Of a stretch of 64,000 nucleotides of DNA, positions 25,089 through 38,241 are shown one piece after another; position 1 is the stretch's first letter, and the number at the start of each line of letters is the position of its first letter. The notes beneath the pieces are model-generated. The model had not been told where the DNA came from, did not search any database, and saw only the letters and a list, made by a program, of their open reading frames with translations. Source of the stretch: Eledone cirrhosa. Its lineage: Eukaryota. The DNA is taken from positions 288,424,001-288,488,000 of the forward strand of contig OZ024742.1 of NCBI GenBank assembly GCA_964016885.1, given 5' to 3'. A program made the position numbers and the translations under genes.

Positions 25089-28000
25089 ATTTGAAAACAT
25101 TGAAATATATATATCTGCTTTCTATGCTGGGTATGGGTTGAACAAGTCAGTTCTTATTTGAAATTACTGACCCCTAAACAGTCTGTGGGGCCACATCTTA
25201 TTTGTATATTCAAGATTTTAACATGATTTCTAGTTGAATTTCTTTCCTAATGCCAACCATTTTACAGAGTGTATTTTTTTTACAGGGGCACCAGCACTAG
25301 AGAGGTTGTCATGTCTTTGACAACCACTTTACAGAGTATACTGAGAGCATTTTATTGTGGCTTTATTGTGGCACCAACATTAGAGAGGCTGTCTTGTTCA
25401 TTTGCAAGGCTAAGGGGACGTTACGTCATGTGTGTCCAGTTTTCACATTTTCATATCCACATCATATAAAGCAAGTGATGATGTTTTTTTATGTTCCACA
25501 TAAAAAGGCATGCCCCACATCTTAGTTGTCTGATGAAAGTTTTCAGTATATACTACACTATAAAAAAATAAAATATGGGTTGGCATCAGGATGGGTGCCC
25601 AGTGGAAGAAAGGCCACACCAAAAGTCTTGTCCAAATCATGCTAACATGGAAAAGTGGACATAAAAACAATAGTGCTCCAAACAGGGAACCTTTTTGTAA
25701 CCATATTTCTAATGAAATGCAATGCTTTTCAAATAATTTTGAAAATAGTCAAAGATTTGGAAAGATTTAATAATATATATAACTAACCTTCTCATTAAGC
25801 TGGTGTTTGGAGCATAATTTTAACAAAGGTTCTTACATAAAATTATGATGGAAGGTTTTTTTTTAGTTAAAAGTTTTGTATTGTAGAAGCAGAGACAGTT
25901 TGGTATGAAAAAGGTTAAGGTTCATAAACTTTACTCTCAGTAACTTTTGCATCACATTATGCTGTGGTAGCAGAAATACAAAGCTCAATGTAGTAGTGGC
26001 AGGAAACCTGTTTTGAATAAAGGTATGAACTCTACTTTATGTATTGAGTACTTTTTTCCTCTCTTTTGTAAATAAAACATAGTGTACAGAGAAGTACTAC
26101 TATAGATAACACTGTCATCATCAGCAGCACCACCACCACGTTCATCATCATAATGATTACAACCATTGTTACCACCACCACCACCATCATCATCTTGTGT
26201 GGTAGATTTAATCTGTCACCCAGTTTATACCACTTTGCACTTCTCTCTGACTAAACAGTAGAAAAAAAACCATAATTTTACATTCCCTTTCCATGTTAGA
26301 ATCTGTTGGAAAGGTTGTTACTGTTTAAGATGGTTCTTTTGGGGAATTACTACACTCCTTGATAGGCCTCACTCAGATTCCATATTTGGCATAATTCATA
26401 GTTGGGTACCCTATCTAACACCAAACACTTAGAGAGGGTGTCATTCTGCTAAAAAAAAATTTTTTTAATCCTTGCTTTCAAAAATGAAGGCCCACTGAGG
26501 AATGACCTACAACAGTAATTCTCCTGTAGATCTTCCCTCTACAGATTTGGTCAGGGATTATGGAGGAGAGGTAGGTGCTTATTCAATTCTTATCATACTG
26601 AAACTACATTAGCAAAACCATCTTGAAAAGAAGAAAATAATATGACTACATCACATTAATAATTAAACTCTAATACTGCAAATGTTCACAAGTAAAGATG
26701 CTATAAACATTTAGATTAACACACCTGTTTTTAGAAATTTTCTTTTAAATCATTACAGGATATTATATTGAGTTATCATTCATTTATTTATAAATTATAT
26801 ATAAAGGCTCCCTTTGGTCATGACCATTTGCACCTGGAAAGTTACTCTCCTCAGCAAGGTGTTTTATGGAAGACCAACAGTCACCCATGCATGCCAGTTT
26901 TACCTCTCCATGTCACTGATGTTGTTCAAGGAAAAGGCTACACCTTGACACCAGTGTTGTTACAACTTGTTTTTATTCCAGTTGTGTGGACTGGAGTAAC
27001 ATGAAATAAAATGTCTTCCTCAAGGTCACAACATGCTGCCTGGTCTAGGAATCGAACTCATCACCTTACAATCATGAGCGCAACACTAACCACAAGGCCA
27101 TGTGACTTCACAATATAAATTATAACTGAATATTTAATTATCCTCTGTCTGAAATTAATTTTTTCATTTATTTACCTCTCATTTAAACTAATTTGTTTAT
27201 TTCAAGATAATCTATTGTTTACCATGTAGTTTGACCAAATAAATTTTAGTATAGTTAATAGCTTTTTTTCCCCGTTTCTTCTTGTACCTGTAAAGTTGTT
27301 GGTGATTGAATAGAAACAATTTAGAATAATGAGGACCATTTGGCCTTGCTGAGTATATGACAACTTTTCTAATGTTGGTGGCATGATAAAATGCACCAAG
27401 TACACTCTGTAAATGATTGGCAATCAAACAGAAAATATAGGGTAGCAAGGACACTTCTTTAGTGTTGGTGATATGATAAAATACACCGAGTACACTCTGT
27501 AAGTGGTTGGCGATCAAATGGAGAAAATATAGGGTAGCAAGGACACTTCTTTAGTATTGGTGATACAATAAAATGTAGCCGGTCCACTCTGAAAAGTGTT
27601 TGGTGGTCAGAGACAACATAAAGTAGAGAGGACCCATTTAGTCCTGCAAAGGACAACAAAACCAGAAGAAAATGATCATAAATATAAATGGTGAAGGTTC
27701 CTTCAGATCTTTGGAATAATGTTACTCGATAGAGTGTGTAGCTTGGAGATCAGGGAGTCACTCCAGGTAAAGCTGCTGCTTCTATGCATTGATGGATCAT
27801 AGCTGTGATACTATGAATATGTGGTTAAAATATCTAAGGAAGGAATTACTGGACAGATTTTATGGCAAAGTCAACCAGCACGAAACCCAGAGGTAGATCT
27901 TGAGCAACATGGTTAGAAAACATCCATGAGATTGTTGGTCTCACTTGGGGATCTAGCTGGATCAATTTGAGATGGTTGCTTCCGATATTATTTGAAAGGC

Positions 28001-28622
28001 GTGTTTGAGGACTGTGCCCTTATGATCTCCCACAAATAACTGAACAAAAGAGAAAAATGAAAAGACAAACTTTCTAGTGATGGTACCATGAGAAAATACA
28101 CCCCAACACTACCTTACAGAGTGTAAGGTAGTGTTGGGGCCCAATAAAATGCAGCTAGTTCACTCTGTAAAGTGGTAATGCTGGTGTCATGGTAAAATGC
28201 ACACCGTACCCTCTGTAAAGTAGTAGTGCTGATGTCATGGTAAAATACACTCAGTAAACTCTGTAAAATGGTTGGTGTTTAACTCTTTAGCATTTAAACT
28301 GGCTATATCCAACCAGAATTCGCTCACCTCTTTCTGTTCAAACTGGCTGTAACTGGTCACGTATCCAGACGTTAAGGTATTGTTCTCAAAATAAATAATA
28401 TCAAAATCTCACAGATTTGATATTATGCGAGATAATTATGAGGTAAAGCCTTTACCATGAAAATATAATAATAAATATAGAGTAATGTAAATGCTAAAGG
28501 GTTAAACAAAGATAAAATAGGGTGAAAAGGATCTATTTAGTTCTGCAAAGAACATAACAACCTCTCTAGTGCTGATGCCATGATAAAATGGACTCAATAC
28601 ATTCACAGAATTTAATAAAATA

Positions 28623-29050
28623 CAGCAACTCCTCACTTAATGAACAGGTTCCAGACCCCTGACCTGGTCAGTAAACAAACTCCTCACTTAACAACCTGGT
28701 CATAGAATATCTTTAGATAATGTTTTAATTTCACCCGACAAGTGATAGAGTTTAAAAGTTATGAAACGTTACCCAGTGTCAGTTTTATATTAAATGATTG
28801 TCTGAATAAATAAATTCATAAAAGTCTAATAGAAACACTATCTTAGTAACTATTGTAAATCTTTTATTATTTTGCAAAACACTTACAAACATAAAAAAAA
28901 ATTATTTTCAAACATAAAAAAGAATCTGCTGGATAAAGAACAGACAAAAATATGTTACATAAAAAAATGTTAAATATACATAACATAAATATGTGTAGAC
29001 AAAATATTTACAGTTATACGTGTGTGTGATCGTTAAGTGAGGAGTAGCTG
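28623..29050. mobile_element. Tigger/mariner-type MITE
   Basis: TIRs CAGCAACTCCTCACTTAA / TTAAGTGAGGAGTAGCTG with TA flanks. Confidence 0.8.
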
Positions 29051-29622
29051 TAACTAACATTTTCATTATTGAGCTCATATTTGGAACATAACTTAACAAA
29101 GGTTCTTAAATAAAATTATGACAAAGTTTTAATATAAATATAAACACTTTAACTCTTTTCTTATCATATTTCCTAATGAAAGACACTACCTTATGAATTT
29201 CAAATAATTTTGAAAATAATCAAGAATTTGGAGGGATTTAGTAATATACATTCTCATTATTAAACTGTTGTTTGGAACATAATTTAACAAAGGTTCTTAT
29301 ATAAAATTATGATGGAAGGGTTTTTAGATAAATATAATAAACACTTTAATCTTTTCATTACCATATTTTTCATGAAAGACACTGCCTATGATTTTCAAAT
29401 AATTTTGAAGATAATTAAGAATTTGGAGGGATTTAGTAATATGACTAACTTTCTCATTATTTATTTAAACAAAATTTCTTAAATAAAATTATGATGGAAG
29501 GTTTTAAAATAAATATGAACACTTTAAAATAAATGGGTTTTGTATCATAGAACCAGGGTGGTATCAGGTTTGGTATCAAAAGGGTTAAGAATTAGTGAGT
29601 GTTTTGTTCGGGGTAGATATCT

Positions 29623-29799
29623 TCAGCCTTCCTCCATGTTCGCTCTAATCCTGTGTGACGAATCTCTTTGTAATGGTCTCTGTAAGGGGTGAGCCAAAAG
29701 TTGAGCCATACTGTCATATAATTTGGTCAAATTCTTGGACACTTCAAATATATATGAGTGACCTTTGACATCAAGGGAACAAAGTTGGTCAAAGATTTG
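29623..29799 (-). CDS. BABAM1: BABAM1 terminal coding exon
   Basis: tttcag|CAA; SLDVKGHSYIFEV...MAQLLAHPLQRP then TGA; the seven exons join to 1080 nt in frame (359 aa). Confidence 0.95.
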   Translation of the reverse strand, partial: QIFDQLCSLDVKGHSYIFEVSKNLTKLYDSMAQLLAHPLQRPLQRDSSHRIRANMEEG

Positions 29800-30062
29800 C
29801 TGAAATTGTCAAACAAAAGGTATATAAATAAAACATAAAAAATACCACCACTACACCAACATCACAACCACCACCACTACACCAACACCACAATCACACC
29901 ATCACCACCTCCAATACATCAACATCACAACCACAACAATCACACCACCACTATACTACACTACAACACAACTGCAAATACCACCATCACTGATAGTGAT
30001 GGTGTAGTGTAAAGGTGGTGGTTGTACTAGTAAGAGAAGAGAGAAGACAGTATAAAACTTAC

Positions 30063-30149
30063 TTCACAACAGTTATCATCTGAGGGAGGTTCGTGAACAT
30101 AGAAGACATCAAGGAACAGGTAAGGTGAAATAAGTAGTAACTTCTGCAC
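30063..30149 (-). CDS. BABAM1: BABAM1 coding exon 6
   Basis: tatcag|GTG...GAA|gtaagt; SPYLFLDVFYVHEPPSDDNCCE (PY.F.DV.Y.H motif). Confidence 0.93.
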
Positions 30150-30954
30150 CTGATAAAAGACAATAGTATGTATCGTCATCATCATTGTTGTTGTTTTAAC
30201 ATCCACTTTCCTGCTAACAATGGTTAGACAGGTCTACATAAACCAAGTCAGTAATGAAGTGGGGCTACTGATCTCCCAGACAGCCCAGGGATCTGTGTCT
30301 CACTTATGTACAGGCTCACGTTCTACCAAGTGCACAAGAGGGGTTGTCATGTCTTTAACACAACTGAGGATCCTTCCAACCATTTGTTTGGCAAGCTTTC
30401 TATGGCTGAATGCCCTTCCTATCACCAACCACTTTACAGCATGTGTTGGGGGTGTTTATCGTGTAGATCACCAAAGACCAGGGAGGCTGTCGTGTCTTTG
30501 ATATCATTGAATGGTCCTCTCAACTCTTTGTTTGGCAAGCCTTCCATGACTGGATGCCTCACCCATTACCAGCCACTTCACAAGGGGGCAGCAGCTAGGA
30601 ATGTGTGGAGGGAAAGGGCATGTGGTGTGCACAGGATGAGTTGAGAGAAAAAAACTGGATATAAGAAGAATCAGATGCAGTGTGCAGGAGAGAAAACTGC
30701 ATTGGCATGGACACAGGATTCTTATGGATGATGATTGCTGGGTGAAAGATTCCCAAGAGTTCCAAGAAGGAAAGAGTAGAAGAGGAAATCTTGTGCAGGA
30801 TGCTAAACCTTACAAAGGAGGTGACAGCATACACACCAAATGGTGAAATGCTGTTTTAAAGACCTTTACAACCCTAGCTCACATGGAAGGGCTGACTTAT
30901 AAATGATGATGATGTATATACAAGTGTTTGTATGTATGGATTTTTAATCCTTAC

Positions 30955-31069
30955 CTCGTCAGAGATCTCCAGTTTACTCTGGGAACGACCAAAGATCAGG
31001 ATGATCCTTACAATATATGGGGGAGGCAAGCTTGGGTCCTCCATAATGGGAAGTTCACAGTTGCACAGG
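30955..31069 (-). CDS. BABAM1: BABAM1 coding exon 5
   Basis: ttacag|C...GAG|gtaagg; ELPIMEDPSLPPPYIVRIILIFGR (PPPY.VR.IL motif). Confidence 0.93.
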
Positions 31070-31497
31070 CTGTAATGAAGAAGACAAACAAACACATTAA
31101 CATTATGAGTAATCATGAGAGAGAGATGTAAGTTTGTACAGATGAGATATTACTAGTTAAGACCAGTAATACCTTGGTGTGCAACAGAAAAGATTGTGCT
31201 ACTATGGACATGTGATATACATGGCTGAAGAAGTGCTAAAACATCCCAGTGGAAGGAAACCGCAGTAGATGAAAACTAAGGAAGACCCAGGTGAAGGTAG
31301 TGAGAACTGATCTAAAATCACTGAAGCTCACTGAAGAGGTTACAAGGGAATGTGACGAGTAATTGTTTGCTGTACTGAAAGAGACCCATTCAAATTATGC
31401 AAGCATATACACATAGACAAAGACATAAATATATATATATATATATATATGACGACCTGAATAGAGGTGTTTTTTCTCAAAGAAATTTTTTTTCTTT

Positions 31498-32770
31498 CTG
31501 CCACCAGATGACAGATCGGGGTACCCTATCAAAGGCCTTCTCTAGGTCAACAAAAGCTAAGTATAGTGGCTTATTCTTCTCTAAGAACCTCTCTTGTAGT
31601 TGTCTCACTAAGAAGAGGGCATCTGTTGTACTTTTCCCAGGCACAAAACTAAACTGCATCTCATCTAGTTTGAGCCTTTCTCTAATTAGTTGCGCTAATA
31701 TCCATTCTGCCACTTTCATAACCTGATCCATCTGTTTTATGCCCCTATAATTGCTCCTCTCCAGAGCATTTCCTTTACCTTTGTAGCAATTTATGAGAAT
31801 ACTGCTGCACCAGTCTTTGGGTATGACTCCGCCATATATAGCCTGATTGACAATGCATGCAACCAGTTTAGTGCCTATGTCCCCTGATGCCTTCAGCATC
31901 TCAGCAACTATACCCGACGGTCCAACAGCCTTACTATTTTTCATTTCCTTAATCACCTCTTGCACCCTATATTCATCAATCTCAATAGCTGGTCCCTCTG
32001 TCGGATCTACTGGGGATAATTTCTCTCTCTCCCATTCATTCTCCACATTCATCAGTCTCTCATAATGACATTTCCAGGCCTCCTTTTTCTGATCATTTGT
32101 GACACTAAGTACACCGGCATCATTCCGGACACATTTATCTCCAACAACATCCTGATTTGCACTTACACACTGCCTTGCAATGCGGAACACTGCACGTCTC
32201 TGATCTTCCCGTCGCAGAACATTGACAAACCTCCTACTCTCAGCCTCCCTGCATGCTAAGTACACCTGACGTCTAGCTTCTCTCTTAGCGGCTGTGTATC
32301 CTTCTCTATTCCCACCATTTTTCCAAGCGTTCCATGCTAGTCTTTTGTCTCTAATGGCCCTATCTACCGTGCTACCAGGTCACTCTCTGTCTGGTTGGAG
32401 CTCTGCTCCAGCCACAAGTTTCTTCAGTAGCCTGCAGTAAGTTGTCATGTAAGAAATTCCAGTTATCATCTATGTCATACGACTCTAAATCATCTTTTTC
32501 GTCACACACATCTTGAAGAGCTTTCCTAAATTTATATTTTAGTGAAAGGTCTTTTAGCTTCCAGACCTTTCTTTTCCACACCTTCCTGTATGTCTCATTC
32601 TGTTTTTTGCTTACTGAGATATCACTAACGACTAACCTATGTTGTGGGCTACATTCTTCCCCGGGGTATGCCTTGGTATTTGACACCATCTGTCTGTCTC
32701 ACTGCCTAACTAGCAAGAAGTCAATCTGGCTTATGTGCTCACGTGATTTGTAGATTATTAGGTGGTTGGC
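31498..32770 (-). mobile_element. RTE LINE internal fragment in a BABAM1 intron
   Basis: ORFs 31477-32265 and 32372-32689 are homologous to the RTE-1 linker and RT N-terminus. Confidence 0.92.
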
Positions 32771-33020
32771 AGGTTTCTTGAAATTAGTAAGTATATATAT
32801 ATATATATACACAAACATATATACACAAAATATATATATATATATACACACACACATTTATTTACAGGGAAAGGATGTGATTTGAATGAGTTGGATCAGT
32901 ATCCTAGGAGTAAAGAAAAAACATTGTCAACAGTAATAGTTTTAAGATTAGCAGGTGAAGCAATGATGAACACGTTGGAGGGGGAGACTTCAAAAATTCT
33001 TTGTTGGAATCTATACTCAC

Positions 33021-33127
33021 ATAGTTTTTATGACAGATCCAATATCAAGATGGGAACATTTGTAAGTCTCATCTAGATTCTCCAACAGATTGGAAATTTC
33101 CCTGGGATCATTGGTAAAACCATGGTA
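33021..33127 (-). CDS. BABAM1: BABAM1 coding exon 4
   Basis: tttcag|TAC...AT|gtgagt; YHGFTNDPREISNLLENL (T.DPRE motif). Confidence 0.92.
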
Positions 33128-33560
33128 CTGAAATAGATGAAAAGAGAGGGCATGGTTGAACTGAAGGGAGATGGTGTCTGGTGGTAGTGTAGTATGTAGT
33201 GTGATGGTGGTGTGTGGTATGGTGTGGTATGGCATATGGTGTATGTGGGTAGAGTGGTGTGTTGTGAGATGGTGTATGTATGTGATGTAATGAGTGGCAT
33301 AGTGTGATGTTGTGTGTATGTCATTCCATGACACTACATCACATCACACAATACACACTACATCAAACCACACCATATACTACACCATACCATACACTAC
33401 GGCACACCAAACACTACACCACACCACAGCACAACATGCCACACTACACCACACCACACACTATACTACAGCACAACACACCACACATTACACCATAGCA
33501 TAACACATACCACACCACATCAAACACCATACCACTGTAACAATAAACAGTGTGACATAC

Positions 33561-33681
33561 CCAAGAAGCTGTGTCATGAAGTGTGACAAAAGCAAACCTA
33601 TGGAGACTGTCCAACCTGTGTTTACTCTGGACAAACAGACCAATGGTCCTCTTGACCAGTTGAAGAGTGGAAAAACGATCC
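33561..33681 (-). CDS. BABAM1: BABAM1 coding exon 3
   Basis: tttcag|G...TGG|gtatgt; DRFSTLQLVKRTIGLFVQSKHRLDSLHRFAFVTLHDTASW. Confidence 0.93.
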
Positions 33682-34807
33682 CTGAAATATAGAACAAGAT
33701 TTTTTTTTTTAAATCATTACCAAACTTCAAACTACCAACACCACCAACATTATCATCATCATCCCCATTCCCTCCATCATCACTGCCACCAACACCATTA
33801 TCGTCACCATCATTATAACCATCTTAATAGCCATTATTACCATCCCCATCATCACCACCACTATTATCATCACCATCACCACCGTCATCATCATACATCC
33901 AGTACACTCTGTAAAGTGGTAGTGATGGTACCGGTATAAAATACACCCAGTATTCTCCATAAATTGGTTGTCATTAGAAAAGGTACCCAGTAGAAGAAAA
34001 CTTGTTGACCGGCCCAACCAGCGGCAACATGGAATGGAAAGTGGACGATTTTATTAAACTGTGCTGTTGTAATGTTATTGTAGTTAGCAGTTGGACTAGT
34101 ACAGTGTGATTCAGATTAGAGAAGTATATGAAAGCATATAAAATATGTTTATGCTTAATAAATGTTCACAAGTCTCACTGAGGATATTTTAAGCTGTGAT
34201 CATGTCACAACAACCTCAGTAAACAGAATAAATCTCACTGAAGACAAATAAAGATCCTGAAATACTAGTATCTGACATTCTCACAGGGTTGCTGAGGTAG
34301 ATGTTATCACAGCTTAAAACACTCCAGCCAAACTTATTTATGTTTATTATCTAAAATCTAAGTCTAGAGCCTGTCTCAAGCCAGGAGGGTCATCAAACTA
34401 CTGCTTATCCCGGTTTTGTGATGTGAAGCAACTGAGAGTACAAGACTCCCCACTGGACAGGACGCCAGTCCATTGTGAGGTTAAACCCCCAGCTATTGCT
34501 GGTACTCATTTTCAGATGAGTATACAGGAGCAACGTGAAATGAAGTGTTTTGCTCAAGAACACAACATACAACCCAGCCGAGGAATCAAACCCATGACAT
34601 TATGATCGTAAGTCCAACACCCTTACCACTAGGTCAGGCGCCTACACATGTTTATTATACATAAACATATTGTATATGCTTTCATATACACCCCTCTTGT
34701 TATTGTAGTGTTATTAGAGAGCCACTATAGTGATACTGTAGTGTCATTAGAGTGTCACTGTATTGTTATTGTAGAGTTACTGTAGTGTGTTTTAAAATAT
34801 CACTTAC

Positions 34808-34866
34808 CCAGCTCTTGACAGAAATTTCATCCGTTCCATCTCTGAACTGAGGTCCAAACATAATAC
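34808..34866 (-). CDS. BABAM1: BABAM1 coding exon 2
   Basis: acccag|GTA...GG|gtaagt; VLCLDLSSEM completes the VNCPEK.I.CLDLS.EM motif of the vWA-like domain. Confidence 0.93.
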
Positions 34867-34894
34867 CTGGGTAGGAGGACGACAAGAATACAGT

Positions 34895-35325
34895 TTAGAT
34901 ATAACATGTGGGTAGCAGTATATGTAGTATATAGAACATGTAGTTAGCAGTATATATAGTGTATAAAACATCAAGGTAGCAGTATATATAGTATGTAGAA
35001 CATGTGGGTCGAAGTATATATAGTGTGGATATAACATGTAGATAGCAGTATATATAGTGTGCAAAGCATGTAGGTAGCAGTGTATATATATAGTATGGAT
35101 ATAATATGAAGGTAGCAGTATATAGTGTGTAGAACATGTAGGCAGCAGTATATATAGTATGGATATAACATGTAGGTAGCATTATATTACCAGTAATGCA
35201 CTGGGTAATTGCTGGCCTTGTGCCTAAAGTAGAAACAATTATATATAGTATGTAGAACATGTAGGTAGCAGTATATATAGTATGGATATAACATGTAGGT
35301 AGCATTATATATAGTGTGTATACAG
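34895..35325. repeat. ~30-bp minisatellite upstream of BABAM1 exon 2
   Basis: Tandem AACATGTAGGTAGCAGTATATATAGT units. Confidence 0.9.
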
Positions 35326-35344
35326 TATGATATATCTTTTATGG

Positions 35345-35840
35345 TCATTGCTGGCAACTCGCCTTATCGACGTGTCAGGTGATGCTCGTTATGGTGTTTG
35401 GTTGTTTCAGTGCCTAAGCCTCCCATCACCCCGGTAATGCTGCGAGCGTGTTGGCGTGCCTCAAACATTTCCGTTGACCCTTGTGCTGTGGTGTGCGGCC
35501 GATTGTCGCACTTGATGGTGAATTAATGGTCGTTTCTGTATGTTTGTTTGTAAATTTTTCTTTTCTTTTCTTTTTCTCTCGTTTCAATCATATATTTTTG
35601 TGCATTATTTAATAGGGCGTTGGATTGGCAGTATCGGTAGAGGGTCGGAAACCATGCTTTCCAGCATAGTTACGTCCCTTTACGATCTGAGTTCAAATCC
35701 CGCCGAGGTTGACTTTGCCTTTCATCCTTACGGGGTCGATAAAATAAAGTACCAGTAATACACTGGATAATTGCTGGCCTTGTGCCAAAAAGTAGAAACA
35801 ATTATTTATGAGGTTTCGGGCAATAATTAATTGTATTTGT
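35345..35840 (+). mobile_element. Second CRE-like 3' fragment, interrupted by a SINE
   Basis: Aligns by eye to 55240-55520 (TGGTTGTTTCAGTG...GGTAATGCTG.GAGCGTGTTG, then shared UTR). Confidence 0.65.
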
Positions 35841-36860
35841 ATCAAAGTCTGTGTGCGCGTGCACATTGTTGTAGTTATTTTCGGACAGTTATGACCCTTT
35901 ACAGTCTGAGTTCAAATAACCGCCGAGGTTAACTTTGCCTTTCATCCTTACGGGGTCGATAAAATAAAGCACCGGTAATGCACTGGGGTAATTGCTGGCC
36001 TTGTAGAAACAATTATTATCTGTCTTCGAGTCGTTCTCAAACAGTGATTGTCTTTCTGTAAATTCGTTTTAGTATTGTTATCGTGTATCGGTATAGTTTG
36101 TTTCGATTCTGCTGAATGAAAACAACCCCAATTGTGCAACTTCCATTTTTGTTCATAACCCATCGCTGCACCTTGCGTCAATATTTTTTTCTTTAGACTC
36201 TACTTAAACACTGACAATAAATGTCCGAATAAAAACAGACTTTACGTTTATCTAACTTATTGGGATGTCCCGATTTTACTAAGTGCATTGTAACGTCCAT
36301 ATATGTCAAGAATCAATGGTTTCTGATTTAGGCTCAAGGCCAACAAATTGAGGGGAGGGGAAAGTCGATTAAATCAACCTCAGTGCGTAACTGGTACTTT
36401 ATTTTATAGACCCCGTAAGGATGAAAGGCAAAGCTCGCCTCGGTGGGATATGAACTCAGAACAAAGGTCCGTAACTCTATGCCACAAAACATGTTGTCCG
36501 ATGCTCTACTAATTCTGCCAAACCACCGCCCTCAAATAAATAATAATTGTTTCTACTTTTAGCACAAGGTCAGCAATAACCCAGTACATTACTGGTACTT
36601 TATTTTATCGACCCCATAAGGATGAAAGGCAAAGTTAACCTCGGCGGGATTTGAACTCAAATAAATAATAATGTTTTCCAACAATTTTTTGGGAGGGGAA
36701 AGTCGATAAATCGATCACAGTATGTTACTTGTACTTTATTTTGTCGACCCCGTAAGGATGAAAGGCAAAGTTAACCTCAGTGCGATTTGAACTCAGAACG
36801 TAAAGGGCCGTAACTATATGTCACAAAGCATGTTGTCCGGCGTTCGACCAATACTGCAAA
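35614..36860. mobile_element. Cluster of SINE family 2 copies (2 plus, 3 minus) in BABAM1 intron; another copy at 19474-19725
   Basis: Repeated CTGAGTTCAAAT..GCCGAGGTT.ACTTTGCCTTTCATCCTTACGGGGTCGATAAAATAAAGTACCAG in both orientations. Confidence 0.85.
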
Positions 36861-36889
36861 CCCACAGAATAATAACACGGAATACTTAC

Positions 36890-37303
36890 AAGTTTCTCAG
36901 GACAGTTAACACCAATACATATCTTCGGGATGGATACGTGTTCTGAGTCACTCTGATCGTATTGTGTCCGTCGAAGGTCAGCAGGAAAACTGGTAGTCAT
37001 CAAGTTGTTATTAACAGCGGATGTTGGTCGACATGCGCCTCCTAGCTTTACACCACCACTGTCCACTTCACGTAGGCTATTGGCCATTAACGATGACGTT
37101 GATGGACTAGAATTAAGCGAAGTAGCAGACGTACAAGAAGCGGACATGACAGAAGAAGATGGACTGGAAAGAGCGGTGGATGATCCAGGCAACTCGATTA
37201 TGTCGTACTCAGGAAGAACATTTGCCACAAACGATGCTTGCAGTTTCATTTCATTCTGATCGTTTCTCTCCGATTTCTTCATGTCTTGTTCTTCACTATC
37301 CAT
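36890..37303 (-). CDS. BABAM1: BRISC and BRCA1-A complex member 1 (MERIT40/NBA1), first coding exon
   Basis: ATG at 37303; acidic/Ser-rich N-terminus ending GVNCPEKL|gtaagt; acceptor ttcttcag before 37416 implies an unseen upstream 5'UTR exon. Confidence 0.9.
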
Positions 37304-37701
37304 TGTGGAAGCTCTGACATTTCAGACAGGGAGGAAATATTGAGTTTATCTGTTTCTAGTTCTGGTATCGCTGACTAGAAATATCAAACCACCGATTTCT
37401 TGATAGAAAGTCACACCTGAAGAAAAAAACAAAATCACTGCTAATAAGGGAGATAATCAGTGTTGATAAAGGGAGATAATTAAGAAAACAGTATGCCACT
37501 CCCGATTTTTTAAAAACTCCTTTGCAAAAATATTTTATTCTTTTACTGGTTTAAGGCGTTAGACTATTGTTATGCTAGGACACCACCATGAAGGGATTTC
37601 AACCTGTGATATCGACTTAAATACATTTTTTCAAGGCTGGTACTATTTTATGGGTCCGTTTCTGTCAATCTGTTAAGTTACGTGGTATAATTACATACAC
37701 A

Positions 37702-38188
37702 TGTAGCGACGTGGTTAGTCAGTCTAGTCACTACTTCTGATCAGATCCGAGAATAGCCCTTAGAAGGACTCTTATCGCATACAGTCTGATCAGATCTGAA
37801 GATAGCCCTTAAAAGGACTGTTGTCGCATATAGCCCTTAAAATAACTGTTGAGGATGGACAGACGAAAGCACAAGTTGAAAGGACGAAGCAAGGCGAGAT
37901 GTAAATTCGATCAGCTATTTATTTTCACATGAAACGACGATACAAGGTACAAGGCGTGTGTGAGTGGCAGAGACGCGGAACAACGATGCGCTGGCTGACT
38001 CTGCCAAAAGTCGACTGCTGAAGTGTTTGGAACCACTCTAGTTATACAGAAACAATCGTTTGATGTTTAGCCGATGTGTAGGCGTTTATTCTGATAGGTT
38101 TTAAGGATTCTTTTGTTTCACGTTGAGGTAGCTAGCTAACAGGTAGATGGCGCTGTATATTTCACATGTTATTTCCGGTGGCTGTACA
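37702..38188 (-). mobile_element. Solo LTR in the BABAM1 5'UTR intron
   Basis: TG...CA termini (TGTAC...GCTACA on minus), CACA direct repeats (register ambiguous in CA tract), AATAAA and GCGCCATCTA on minus strand. Confidence 0.65.
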
Positions 38189-38241
38189 CACACATACTCA
38201 TATACATACATTTTATATATATATATATATATATACACATA

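Noticed and set aside
36821-36889. C-terminal part of the 160-aa ORF
   Set aside because: Read-through past the GTAAGT donor at 36889 into intron and SINE; the real protein continues in exon 34808-34866.
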